Below are positions 23,895-36,290 of a DNA stretch of 64,000 nt, in pieces (positions within the stretch are counted from its first letter, which is position 1; every line of letters begins with the position of its first letter). Position numbers and translations under genes: made by a program. The notes below the pieces were generated by a model. The model was given only the letters and a program-made list of their open reading frames with translations, ran no database searches and was not told where the DNA came from. Source of the stretch: Elsinoe ampelina (taxonomy: Eukaryota); assembly GCA_010093995.1 (NCBI GenBank), contig ML992508.1:1026506-1090505 (forward strand), written 5' to 3'.

Positions 23895-25110
23895 GATTGA
23901 TCGTGGTTGTTGCAGATTTCAGCAGTCGGTCGGACGGCTGGCTATGTCGTCGGATTCCTCGATTTTGCAGCCGATACTCTCAGTTGTACTTTGATTTCTG
24001 TCAAATGTTTTGAGTTTGATCAGTCAGCTAGCACGGCTTGTTGACCGTCGAGGTCAAAGAGGGTGCATTGGAGCTGTGTGTAGTTCTGCAAGGAAGGGCG
24101 GTTGTTGCTGTGCTCGACGGAAGAAGCACAGAAGTGGAGACGTCGGTTGACGAGCAGAGCAGAGCAGAGCAGAGCGGTGACTTGTTCGGATGACGCAAAA
24201 ACGAGCCAGCACGAGCTGGAAAGTGTGAGGTTGACCTTCAATCGATCATAGCAGTGGGTCGACTGTCATGTGGTCGTAGAGTGTTGGGTAAAAGGACAAG
24301 AGTCCTTGAGGGAACCTGGTGGTGACGATGAGGTGGTGGGCTCGTCAGAAACGGATTTCTATCCACTCCCACTCGGCTTGTCCTGGCCAATGCGCGAAGC
24401 CCGTCACCCAAGGAAGATCTCCCTCTAGAAATTCTTGGGCTTGCCACAATTGATGCGTCGAATTGATAATCAAGTCAAGGATGGCTAGTGAAGGCGCATG
24501 TGAGAATAGATGCGAGCAGACAAGCGACAGCAGGTAGCCACGAGTCTGTGAGAAAACAACCAGACAAGATCACCAAAAATTCATCACCACCTGCACCCAA
24601 GCCTGAACTCGCCCCAAGCCCGACGTTGACAGATTTACGATTTTGGTAGTACTCTGAGGCCACCTGCAGTTAAAAACCGCCTTCCGATTCGTGTCATTCC
24701 CCGCTCTGTCTTTGCTCGTTTCTTCCCTGCACCTTCTTTCTTCGCCGCCGCCGCCGCCCGCCGTTGATTACGGGTACCAGATGCTGGCTGGTCTTTTGTG
24801 TGACGATCACATCGTTGGAGTTTGAAACCGATCTTTCTTTCACCTTCTTATCACACATGTGACACTAAGCTATTTGATTCTCAAACTACCAGCTGATACT
24901 TGTACTCTTACACATGCAGATGAATGCTTTGGGTAATTACCGATCACGATGCGGCCTATTCGAAACAGCTCACGACACATGTGTGGAGCTTTCTGGGCGA
25001 GCCATCCGACATCGCTTCATCATCACCGGCTGTCACGGTTTCATATGATCCAATTAATCCACCTAGCAGAACTTGCTTCAGATACCTTCACGTCATATTT
25101 CCATCCATGT

Positions 25111-26763
25111 TCATGCCATCGCCTTTTCGAAAAACTCCTTGATCACCCTTTCTGTGAGGCTAACAATTGTTTCGACGTCCTCTTTTGTTGCCCGATAGGA
25201 TGGTGCCAGTAGCACGTGATCTCCAGTTCTTCCATCTACAGTACCTGTTCCGGGGTAGATCGAAAAGCTGTATGGCTCGAGCAGTGCTGTGAAAAGGTTA
25301 GTCGTGGCACCGCATGTGCACGTGGTACTCCTACCGAGCTCGTGAACGCCCATGGCTACGCCCTCTGAAGGTGAGAAAGGCTCTTTGGTCTGCTTGTCCT
25401 TGACGAACTCGATCTAGACTGTGTCAGAGTAGAATAGCATGGCAGTGTGGAGGATATTCACTCACGCCCCAGAAGAACCCCTTGCCTCGAACATTGCCGA
25501 CATATGGCAGTACCCCAACTCTCTTTCGAAGCAGCTCTCCCATATACCTGCCCAAAATGTCAACATTCTCGACCAACTTCTCCTCCTTGATAATTCGAAG
25601 TGTTTCGAGTGCCGCTCGGCAGGCGACAGGATGGCCCTGGTAGGTCTGACCGTGGCTAAATGCGCCGGTACCTTTCTGCAGAGTATCCACTACCCTCTTG
25701 TTGATGAGCATAGCAGCGATAGGGACGTGGCCGCCTCCTAGCCCTTTACCGAGAGTCTGAATATCTGGTGCAAAGCCAATTTCTGGTGCCTGCCAGGCAT
25801 GCATAGTGCCAGTCCTGCCGACGCCAGACATGACTTCGTCCATGATGAGCAAGGCTCCATGCTTTTCGCAGACTTCCTTCATGGCTGCAAAATAGCCTGG
25901 TACCGATGGGACACAACCCAGAGCCTGTCGCCTTTTAGTCCTTGTGACTACTATCTATCTCTCTTCATAGACTTACCGCTCCAACAACAGGCTCTGCCAC
26001 AAAAGCACACACTGTTTCTGGTCCCAGACGCTGGAACTCCTTCTCCAATTCCTCCTTCAACCTCGCCACGTACTCCTGATCACTCTCCCCTGCCTGCTTG
26101 AATCTGTACGCATTACACGGATTCACTCTGCTCACATTGCCCAGCAACAACGGCTCAAACAGGGCCCTCCTCGCCCTATGACCTCCCACAGACAAGCTGC
26201 CCAACGTCGTTCCATGATAACTCTCTTTCCTCGCAATAAAGTTCACCCTCTTCGGCTCCTTGACCTCCTTCTCCAGATAGAATTGTCTCGCCATCTTCAT
26301 CGCCGCCTCCATCGCCTCACTCCCTGCCCCAGATCAGCCACCTGGCCCCCGCGATGCACCACAACATCAACCACTTACCCGAAGAAATGAAAAAAGCCCT
26401 CACCATCTCCCCACCCGTCGTCTCACAAAGCTCCTTCGCCAACGCCTCCCCCGTTTCCGTCCCATAGAACAACGAGTGGCAGTACGCCACCTCGTCCATC
26501 TGCGCCATCATCGCCGCTTTGACCCTCTCGTCGCCGTGGCCGAGACATGACACTGCTGCTCCGCCTGTGGCGTCGAGGATGCGTTGGCCGTTGGAGAGGT
26601 AGAGGTAGTTGCCTTTGGCGCGAATGACTTTCAGGGGGTCGCTGTGGAGGGTGCGGTGCAGGACCGAGGAAAGGGCGGGGGAGGAAGAGGGGAGGGATTT
26701 GGATGCTGGTAGGAGAGAGGCGGGGGGGAGGTCGTCGGTGTCGTGAAGGAGGGCGGGGGCCAT
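25111..26763 (-). CDS. Class III PLP-dependent aminotransferase, multi-exon
   Basis: ILDATGGAAVSCLGH, SYHGTT, AFVAEPVVGA, DEVMSGVGRTG, PDIQTLGKGLGGG and HGQTYQGHP. Confidence 0.92.
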
Positions 26764-28205
26764 GGTTGGTGTAGTCCAGAGTAGAGGTGGTTGAGTGGAA
26801 TGCGGGGTTGATGGTAGGGGAGGTCTTGGTGGGAAGATGTAGAACTATCTTGTTGCTACGTGAGGAACAAAGCAGATGGAAGTTGGAAAGTATCAGGATA
26901 TAGAACAATGACTGCTATATGGAGGACTTCCGGTTCGGTGAAGCCATATTGCTACCGAGAACAACTCCGGGCATTTCATGCTGCTGATAACGGAACGAAG
27001 CTTGAGCTTCGCATACTGAACTCCGAACTCCGCTGTTGCAGATAAGGGTTATCATTGCCTACCAGAGTCGTTCGGCATGGTGTGTCTCTCGCCGAGCGCT
27101 TACCTATTAGCATGTGTGTTGCTTTTTAGAAAGAAAGAAAGTCAAAAGGTATAGACAGCAGGTATTGGGCGGCTTGCTTTCGGTTGCTCAACTACCAGGA
27201 CTTGCACAGCTCAGTGTTTGGACGACCCAGGGCTGAACGACATCATGAAAGTAGCGGCCGCCTTTTTCTGAACACTGAAGAAGCTCACTGGCACGCAGCA
27301 TTCTCTTAAATACCATGAATCATAGTAGATGAGATGACCGACACGTCGATCGCGTCTTACCCGCGTTCCACTTAGTTATCCTAATCGAGTTAGCTGTATC
27401 AGATCTCGCGTGACGCACAGATGTTCTAAGCGAAGACTTCCATCACCATCTGCTCACGCTGTAACACCAACGACGCCTCTGAGCTAAGGCGTGGCCGACC
27501 CGTTCACCATCCTGGTAGTCAGGGACACGATTGATGCATCTCACTGCATAAGATCTGCCGCGGAGCTTCTTCCGGATCCGCAACCTAAACCAGCTGTGCC
27601 CTCTGCATACGAGCTTCGCAATTTATGATCCTGCCGTTCAATGCATGCTCCTCTGCTTTCCCCAGGGCGGGTCGCATCCATGTCAACTTCCGAGTGGTAG
27701 ACGCTATCGATTCGATACGTCCGATCTGATTTCCAGCCTAGATTGTGGACACTATTTCTGCCATGTGGCTACCAAAACATGCAGATCTTCCCGTTGACAC
27801 CCAAGATCTCCCGCATTACCCCTGTCCCGTCAAAACATCGACGCATCGATCCAGTGGAGTGGAGGCAGGTAGCTCCGGTAGACTGAAGTCACACAACAAT
27901 CATTGACAACCAGAACGGATCATGTGAGTGGTTTTACGTGACGGTCTACGGGATCTGGCGTGCTCGCAGCACCAGGTATCGAGGTGGCCCTCATGCACTA
28001 CTGGGTGGCCCAATCAAACGTTCGATTGTCGTTCTCTGCTACCTTTCCCATGCGAATCCCCGGTCTCAAGCACATGCAAAAGAGATGAGCTATGAGGTCA
28101 CATCGGCCATGCATGTAATCGATCATCACAGCAGGCACAAACCCACAACAGGCGACAGCTCTCAATGCTGCCTGATATTCCAGCAAACATGTGAAAGCCA
28201 GCAGC

Positions 28206-28210
28206 TATAA
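28206..28210 (+). promoter_or_regulatory. Putative TATA box of con-6
   Basis: TATAA followed by a CT/CA-rich leader ~125 bp upstream of the ATG. Confidence 0.45.
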
Positions 28211-28334
28211 GTATCTGCTTCTTCTCATCATTCAACTCTTCTTCTCATCATTCACAATCACACATCTCCTATCAAAGTCTCACCCACCAACAACAACAAA
28301 ACATCTTCCACAACTACCACCCCTAATTACCATC

Positions 28335-28630
28335 ATGTCCAATACCGGCAATGTCATCGGCGGTACGTCTCAACCCTCTCTCCATCACATTCATACTCTA
28401 ACCCTTTCCCAGGCCACAAGGCTAACCTCAACAACCCCAACACCTCCGAGGAATCCAAGCAGCACTCCAAGGAGGTCCTCGACAAGGAGTTGAACGGCGG
28501 CGAGATCCAGCATGATATTGGCGACAAGAACCCCAACAATGTCGCTGGCGGACTCAAGGCTACCATCAACAACCCCAATGTTTCTGAGGAGGCCAAGCAG
28601 TCTGCGAAGGAACGTCTTGAAAAGTCCTAG
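28335..28630 (+). CDS. con-6: Conidiation protein Con-6 (two Con-6 repeats), 1 intron; not in the ORF track
   Basis: MSNTGNVIG|GHKANLNNPNTSEESKQHSKEVL...KNPNNVAGGLKATINNPNVSEEAKQSAKERL; intron ~28363-28412. Confidence 0.92.
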
Positions 28631-29086
28631 AGGCGGGACAGGGCGCGACATCACAGCGGCAAGGGGGATGGTGTGAAGGGAGCGTGGTGACAGTTGGGAT
28701 AGCGGCCTACGGGTCTTAGCGATCAGGAGCTGATCTGCTTGAAATGAAAGCGTGAACCACAAGCTCTGCTTCTACCTTGTGATGTTAATGCGGTCCGCCT
28801 TGGACAACGCTTGTTCCTCGCTTCCTCGCTTCTTTGCGACGAAGATGCATGTACCACCACTTTGACGTGCGGTCATTGCTCTGGCAAAGTCACAACCGGA
28901 ACCACAGCCACCAGAAGCTTCTTCGTGACCTCGTGGATGCAGTGAGGTTCCGCTACTGCTATCTACACTGCAAGGTTTCATGGATCCAGGACTGCTCGTG
29001 TAAGATTATGTTTGCGTTCTGCCTGCCATTCGCGTAGCAGTTCTCCATACCACCAGCCCTTGCATATCTGGCCAATGTCCCCTCGC

Positions 29087-29956
29087 TCATTTCCCCTTCT
29101 TCCCCGCTTTCACCTTCTTCTGCCCCCCAGCCGGCGCCCCTCCCATGCCTCCCATGCCAGGCATACCCCCCATCCCCGGCATCCCACCCATACCACCCAT
29201 GCCCCCTATTCCCCCCAGCATATTCGCCATTCCCGCCAACGGATTCGCCCCTCCCGCCCCTCCCTGCAGCCCCTGCATCTCCTTCATCATATCCTTGAAC
29301 ATATCCTCATTCACCCCCCCACCCGACAAAGCAGGGGAATGCAACGGCAGAATCCCCCCCATCTTCCACCCCCTCGGCACCGCCGGCTTCGGCACCCCGT
29401 CCTCAGGCACACTCACGCCCCGGGTCTGCAACTTCAACGGATCGTCCTCCGTGGTGGGGTGTTCGACGAGCCACTTCCCGATCTTGCGCATCAGGTCCTC
29501 TTTGTTCTTCACCCGGCCGTTGGTCTTGTCCTTCCCGTCCTCGCGCAGCAGGATGCGTATGCGCCCTGGATTCGCCCAGTCCTTTGGGTGGAGTTTGCCG
29601 GGCTCGAAGACGATTTGGCTTCCTGGGATCATGATGGAGGGGGATTGGAGGGCGTCGATTATGGAGCGGGCGAGGGGGTTGGGGACTGCGAGGGAGGAGG
29701 GGACGCGGCGGCCTTGCGATTTGGAGCGGCTGCTGTCGAAGTAGACGGGGTAGAGGCATTGGTAGTGTTTGGTCTTTTCGCGATGGGCGGCCATTGTGGC
29801 GGCCTGGGATTGGCGGGCGGCGTCGGCGGTGGCTTGGGTGGTGGGGATTTGGGAGGGCTGCATGAGTGAGGTGGTGGGGTTGAAGTCGCTGGGGTCCATC
29901 TCGGGGGGGTCCGAGTCGCTGTCGGACACTTCTTCTATTCGCGGGTTCATGGACAT
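29087..29956 (-). CDS. SEC65: Signal recognition particle subunit SRP19/Sec65
   Basis: QCLYPVYFD..RS..GRRV, AVPNP, EPGKLHPKDWANPGRIRI and ILPLHSPALSGGGV, with a GM-rich tail. Confidence 0.93.
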   Translation of the reverse strand: MSMNPRIEEVSDSDSDPPEMDPSDFNPTTSLMQPSQIPTTQATADAARQSQAATMAAHREKTKHYQCLYPVYFDSSRSKSQGRRVPSSLAVPNPLARSIIDALQSPSIMIPGSQIVFEPGKLHPKDWANPGRIRILLREDGKDKTNGRVKNKEDLMRKIGKWLVEHPTTEDDPLKLQTRGVSVPEDGVPKPAVPRGWKMGGILPLHSPALSGGGVNEDMFKDMMKEMQGLQGGAGGANPLAGMANMLGGIGGMGGMGGMPGMGGMPGMGGMGGAPAGGQKKVKAGKKGK

Positions 29957-30656
29957 TGTGGGCGGTTGTGCGGCGGCTTCGCTGACAGAGGTGATGTATA
30001 CAATTATGCGCAAGTCGTGGCTGGAGAAGGGAGCGTTGAAATGGTGGACTGGCAGCTCAGGCTTGGAGGGGATGAGTACAGATTGATATTCGAAGTGCAA
30101 CGCAAGGTGGGGGCAATAAGCTCCGCCGCCGACCGGCGTCCGTGCAAAAGCTCCGCCAGCAAAAAGTGGAGAATGAGCGGAACCTTGTCCGACACTTCAA
30201 TCGATTTCACCTCTCCAGATATTCCTTTCATCATTCGAAATGTTGCACGCGGCTCTCGCTTGTCGTCAACTCGTATTCCCCTTGATCAATTCATGCACGA
30301 GAGCATGGCTTCTACGCCAAACCACCATTCAGCTCCGCAGGTCCAGATGTACAGCAGCATCGCATGGCAGACTTCCTTGGCACCAGCATATTTCCCAAGG
30401 CGTATTGACATGACATGGAGCAATGTACTCTGGGCGTATTGCGCTGTGTGGAATGCGGGATTACAAGTGGTTGAGCGCTTCCAGCGTGCATGTAAGTTCT
30501 GGTAGGTGATTGGTTGCCTTCCTGCGTCGCAGTTGGGCGTCTTGAGCTGCTGCTCTATCGCGCACTGCACAGCCATGTCCTTCACTGCCTCAGTGCGATC
30601 TTTCTTGATCACTCGGTCCAGCTCGGGCGCATGTTGTCTTCAAGCTGGTCGCCGTC

Positions 30657-32564
30657 ATGCCGCCGAAGAGAAAGCGCCAGCATTTGGACAGCTCCGTCGA
30701 AGAAACGAGCAATGTCGCCCAAGACATCCATGACGGCGTAACGAACAATGCCGGTATTCAGCATAATCACGGAGGCATCTTTCCTGGGACAGTGAATAAG
30801 TTGGTTTCGTCCGAGCGTAATATCGAGACTGTCACTAACCAGCTATTGCGCAGTTACCACTGCTCGCAAACGGACACAGCAAATTTGCAGGACACAATGA
30901 TACTAGAGAACAGGCAGAAGTGCATGAATGCACTGAAGTATGACTCCTTTGACAGCCGGGTTCACGATGTCAAGACAGCGCTCAAGAGCACTTGCAAATG
31001 GAGACTTAACCGACCTGAATACCGTGATTGGGCGGGTGGGGGCCATAATGACTCTGGCCCACCATTCATGTGGATCAAGGGGAAGCCGGCCTCTGGGAAG
31101 TCTACAATGATGAAGTTTTTGTACGGAGAGGCTTGTAAGAGAGGGGGTTGTCTGGCGATTCCCTTCTTCTTTAATGCTCGGGGCGAGTGCATGGACCGCA
31201 CGACCGTGGGCATGTACCGGTCCTTGCTGTATCAATTACTGCAGAAGATGCCCGAGCTTCAGGTCGCACTGAATGACGTGCATGTACCTTCAACTGCCAA
31301 AGGAGCTCCGGCTGTGTGGCAGCTCGAAAGGCTACGGAATATTCTCAGGTCTGCCTTGCAAAGACTTCAGAGGGAAAGGGTCGTCTTTTGCATTGACGCT
31401 CTTGACGAGTGCGATCAAAGCCAGGTAAAGGAAATGCTGGAGTCATTCCACGATGATCTCTCCGTCGAAGACCATGAAATGCTCAATCTGAGTGTCTTGT
31501 TTTCGAGTCGTCATTACCCTCACATCGCCGTTCCAGACGGCATCGAACTCGTGTTGGAGGAACAACAGGAGCATAACGACGACATCTCGCGCTACATCGA
31601 TCGGCGATTACCGTCGAATGGGCAAGAGGATGAAGGACGCATCAAGTCCCTGCTCCTACAACGGGCAGAGGGGGTTGTCCTCTGGGTTGTCCTCGTGATC
31701 AGGATCATGCAGGACGAATACGACGAGGGTGGATTTCTCAGTACTCAAACACGACTGGAGCGCCTGAAGGACGTTCCGCTCGATCTCACGCAACTGTTCG
31801 AACATGTGCTCGCTCAGGGTCACAAGCGCGATCCGAGACTTGTTCTATGCGTACAGTGGGTACTTTACTCGCGGCGGCCATTGACTGTGCCAGAGCTCTA
31901 TTGGGCAATTCACAGCGGGATTGATCTGGATAGCTTTGACTCTGAGCATTGCGTACAGATGACTCGCATGTCGATAAGGCCTGTCATGGAGAGATACATC
32001 ACGAGCTCGTCGAAAGGGCTTCTGGAACAAACTCGTGACTTCAACAAGGTTGTTCAGTTCATTCACGAGACGGTCCGGGAATTCTTCATGAACTACCAGC
32101 TTGAACATCATGGTTTTGGCTCTCTTCAGACTTTCGCCGAGCGCAGCGAGCCTACGATCCGACAGGGCTGTGTCGAATACCTCGAATTATGGCGACGATG
32201 CAGACTGCCGGCTCGGTATGAGATCCGAGATGATTTTTCTGATGGCGAGAGCGACATGATTGACCGGCTGTCCTACCCATTATTAAGATACGTAAAGGAA
32301 TTTGAGAAAGAGCATTGCATCGCGGTTCGAGCGCAGGACTTCGCTAGCGCTAGTAGGTATCACGATGCACTGGAAGACATGGGTTTGGATGCGTTGGGGC
32401 TGCCATACCCAGCAATATTCGACTGGAATAGGGGCACGGTCTCTCCGTTGAAGACATGGTCTGCGGATACCGAAACGGCGCAATCCGCGACTACATCTGT
32501 ACGGGCGCCACGGTCTACCAGCGAGGCTTATGCACACGGCTCCAAGCAATGGAAGGTGACGTAG
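30657..32564 (+). CDS. Fungal NACHT (NLR-like STAND) protein lacking a recognisable C-terminal repeat domain
   Basis: Walker A WIKGKPASGKST, FFFNARG, Walker B CIDALDEC, SSRHYP, RAEGVVLWV and winged-helix VQFIHETVREF. Confidence 0.85.
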   Translation: MPPKRKRQHLDSSVEETSNVAQDIHDGVTNNAGIQHNHGGIFPGTVNKLVSSERNIETVTNQLLRSYHCSQTDTANLQDTMILENRQKCMNALKYDSFDSRVHDVKTALKSTCKWRLNRPEYRDWAGGGHNDSGPPFMWIKGKPASGKSTMMKFLYGEACKRGGCLAIPFFFNARGECMDRTTVGMYRSLLYQLLQKMPELQVALNDVHVPSTAKGAPAVWQLERLRNILRSALQRLQRERVVFCIDALDECDQSQVKEMLESFHDDLSVEDHEMLNLSVLFSSRHYPHIAVPDGIELVLEEQQEHNDDISRYIDRRLPSNGQEDEGRIKSLLLQRAEGVVLWVVLVIRIMQDEYDEGGFLSTQTRLERLKDVPLDLTQLFEHVLAQGHKRDPRLVLCVQWVLYSRRPLTVPELYWAIHSGIDLDSFDSEHCVQMTRMSIRPVMERYITSSSKGLLEQTRDFNKVVQFIHETVREFFMNYQLEHHGFGSLQTFAERSEPTIRQGCVEYLELWRRCRLPARYEIRDDFSDGESDMIDRLSYPLLRYVKEFEKEHCIAVRAQDFASASRYHDALEDMGLDALGLPYPAIFDWNRGTVSPLKTWSADTETAQSATTSVRAPRSTSEAYAHGSKQWKVT

Positions 32565-33511
32565 ACTGGAAAGACGGCGTCACTGTGAGTGGCACAACTT
32601 TACAACACGGCAGCTCCGGTATCTTCGAGACAATCTATCATCCTCGCACCTTCAATCACAAAGCCACAAGCATCTTATTGAGAATCTGATATGTATCCTC
32701 TCACAATGACCTGGAACAGCTGTACCTTCACACAAGTCACGGGCCACGCACACTGTGTCTGGTAGTGTGAGCGGAAACTCATTGCTGGAGTCTTGGTGTA
32801 CCATGCAACTCGTCACGAGAGTAGCAGGCATGTGATGCGGACGTCCAGAACATATTGATTGCCAAGAGTTAGGTCAATGCTAAGGCATCGCCTGGTAGGT
32901 TCTGAGCACGTGTACTACACCAGGAGAGCCGTAACACTTTGGGGTAGGATCGCAGAGCCGATAATGCCAGAACTTTCACACACGTGACATTTGGAGTTTC
33001 AATACTTGTTCGAGCTCTTTGATGTTGATTACTACCATGTTAAGTAGTACTTCAAAGCTCTGGGTGAGACCAATCCGTCGGGAACCGACGCGGAAGTTCG
33101 CTCAATCACGATCCCACTCGTAGTATCGTGTCTTTGAGAAACTTAAAAGGTAGGTTCCTCCAGGTAATGAAGCATATCGCTAGTGGTACAGCTAAGCAAG
33201 GCAAATGGGGCTTCGCCCGACAGGTTGCATTCAAAGCGGTACAAGGCATAGCGCTTTTGGACGCCGTTCAGGTGGCGCAAGGCGTGGATCCACGACAGGT
33301 CAAATGAGCCAGTCAACGACGAGAGCAAGGAGCAGATGAAGATCGAGTAGTCGGAGGGGGAGAATGAATAACCCTTCGTCGTGCCATGCGGTTCCAGCGA
33401 GACATATGCAGAGACGTAGCACTGCGAAAAGTCCAAGAAGTCAGGTCGCCTCGGAAGCGTGATACCAGGAGTGATGGGTTGAGTCTGCTGATGACCATGT
33501 GATAGCCTTGT

Positions 33512-34289
33512 TCACCGCATGACAGGCGGCCTACTCTCCTTGTTCCACTTCACCCTACTACAAATCCACTCCACCGCCTCCTTGACCCCCGTCCCCGTCA
33601 ACGCACTGAGTGGCAAGACCCTACTGTCCCTCACACTCCCCCCCTTCTCCCCCTCAAACACCTTCCTCACCAACCCCTCCTTAATCCTCACCACCTCGAC
33701 ACAATCCTCCCTATCCTGCTTATTCGCCAAAACCAACAATGGCACCCCCTCCGTCTCCTGATTCAGCAACACATCCTCCAACACCAACCTACACTCATTC
33801 AACCTCCCCTCCCCGTCGTCTTCCTGCTCTTGCCCTTCGACCCGCTCAATATCCCCATCCCCAATGTCCGTGCTGTCGATCACAAACACGATCGCGTGGC
33901 ACGACGAGTAGTACGATTGCCACAGGCCGCGGAGAGAGTGTTGGCCGCCGACGTCCCAGATCTTGAGGTAGAGGTCGGGGAGGTCGATGAGGGCGACGTT
34001 TTGGCCTACCGTGGGGACGGTTTTGAGGTTCGGGTGCAGGTGGGGCGAGTGTTGGGCTTTGATTTGTTCGAGGAGGGTGGTTTTGCCGGCGGCGTCGAGG
34101 CCGAGGAGGAGGATGGAGTATTCTGGGTGAAGTGTTAGTGAGGAGAACGAAGAGTGGGGAGGTGCTGGTCGGGATGAGTTTGCAGAGATGAGAGGGAGAG
34201 AGATCGTTGAAGGGCGCAGCAGAGATGCAAGTGACCTTACCTTCTTTGCTTCGAGCGTGCAGGTAGAGGCTCTTGAAGAGGTGATACAT
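33512..34289 (-). CDS. ARL3: Arf-like small GTPase Arl3/ARFRP1, 1 intron
   Basis: MYHLFKSLYL..KE|EYSILLLGLDAAGKTT, PTVGQN, WDVGGQ, ANKQD, SALTG and C-terminal PPVMR. Confidence 0.92.
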
Positions 34290-35294
34290 AGTGAAGATGC
34301 GGTGCCTGCTCCGCTACTGAAGGTTACCGTATCATATCAAACGGCATTGTTATGATTGAGCACGGAGCTACAATGCGACGAATAGTTGAGATCACCGCAC
34401 AGGAATGGTGACACTGCTATTTGTAGGAGAGCGGAAGCGTGGATGCGGTTGGAGTTACAGAGTGTTGGCCGCGAAGCGAAGCAAATGCGGCCACTTGCAG
34501 CCTATGCCTTGGCGCAAGGGAGGACGAAATGGCACACTACCAGACACTTTGTCGTGTAATATGTGTATATGGCTTGGTCATCCAATAGCTGGTAGTACTA
34601 TCTAAAATACTACCAGGTTTGGCGGCACTACTAGCTATGGAGCAGGAGACGTGCCATTGTTAAGTTCTAGTAGTTTGTGTGAAGTGTACCGCTCTTGTGT
34701 CAAGCATGCAGGTGATGATCATGGCTTCACAATGCCAAATCTCTAGAAGTCAATACGTAAATCCATGGAGACCCATCCGCATCAATTTATCAGATCCATA
34801 GTCACCACAGGAACAAATTATGCGAGCTCAGAAGGGTCCATCATTGATCGATACTTCCTGGTAGTTCTAGCACGGCCGATATCGGGAACCACATCTTGTG
34901 GCGACTGTTGCTCGTCGGCCAGCTATGTGAGACAACGAATGTTGCAGATGCGGTCGACCATACTCCTGAAAGTGCAATCGTCGTAGCTTGCAGAAGCATA
35001 GCCCAGAGCTCCAACGTATGCATCTATGACGCTCGAGGCTCACCAGGTGACACCCTGATCGAGGTCGCGAACTTTGACTATGCACATCGTGAACACAATA
35101 GTGTCGGATCCGCAAATGTGTAGTGACGCTTCATATCTTCCATAGACAATGGCCGTATCGCGTAAACGACAAAGGCCTGGTGCCGTCGTCGAGCCGAGCC
35201 TGTGGACCTGCCACGCGCTCGAGACTTGCCGTGATCATGTCCGCATCACATTGGTTTCGACCACAATCTGGCTTGTGAATGATCGTGGTGCTGT

Positions 35295-36059
35295 TTAGAA
35301 TTGGTCTGATCCATGTTAGCTTGACTGTCTGCTGGTAGGTCCGATGCTACTGACCCAAGGTCATGCTCATGGAGACATCTGTATTCTCCACCATCTTGGT
35401 GAACTCTTCAAAGCTTATCTTTCCATCGCGATCTAGATCAGCTTCCATGATCGTCTTGTCCACGATCTAGGAAGAGTGTTAGCATGATAATGACAGTATC
35501 TCCAGTGATGAAGAGTCGCCGGCCTGGGAGCCACTCAACAGCACCGCGGACCTCCTTACCTGTTGTAATTGCTGATCCTTCAAGTTGCTTCCCACCATCA
35601 TCTTCAAAACAATGAACAGCTCGCCATTGCTGATGTATCCATCGCGGTCGATGTCGTAGACCTTGAATGCGAATCGCAGCTTCTCCTCCTTGTTTCCCTT
35701 TGAGCTAAATGCAGATAGGCCGGAAACGAATTCTTGGAAGTCTACGTCCCCTCCTCCGTCCTCGTCGAAGATGGCAATCATTCGTGTCGCAAGCGGATTC
35801 GAGGAGACCTGGGGGAGAGAAAGGAACTCATCGCGTTCGATTGTGCCCGAGTTGTCCTGAAATGGAATCAGTAGTAGCTAGAGCTGTGACGGTGGCGCTT
35901 CTTACCTTGTCCAGCTTCATGAAACGTTTCCGCAACCTGTCGACCTCTTCTCTGTCGACTGTGAGGTTGTCAGTCAGCTCCTGAAGAGCGATGCGAAGAG
36001 CGCTTACAGTTGCTGCCCTGCACCAGGTTCTCTAATAATTGGGAATTTGCGTTCCCCAT
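35295..36059 (-). CDS. CNB1: Calcineurin regulatory subunit B (4 EF hands), 4 introns
   Basis: Myristoylation start [46 protein letters not shown], ending ..SMTL|DQF. Confidence 0.96.
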
Positions 36060-36290
36060 GGTTGACGGCTTGTGTCTCTTGAAGTCGGAAATGGTGTCAG
36101 AGGGAGAAGAATAAATCAGAATGGGGCATGGAAGTCAAGGCAAGCAGCGGGCTGAGGGGCATTGAGGTTGGCCGTGCGGCTCTGCTCCACATTGCGGTCA
36201 AGTTCAGGGTCAGAGCTCGCTCATGTTTAGCCACCACTTTCATTAACACACCCCTTCCCAATTCCAATCAAAGCTGACTGACCGGTCACC

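Noticed and set aside
29012..29869. Long antisense ORFs over SEC65 and other skewed genes
   Set aside because: Stop-codon depletion caused by extreme G/C skew, not real genes.
30286..30612. Divergent 108-aa ORF next to the NACHT gene as a possible amyloid effector partner
   Set aside because: GTG start, no HeLo/hydrolase features and no C-terminal N/G/Q motif.
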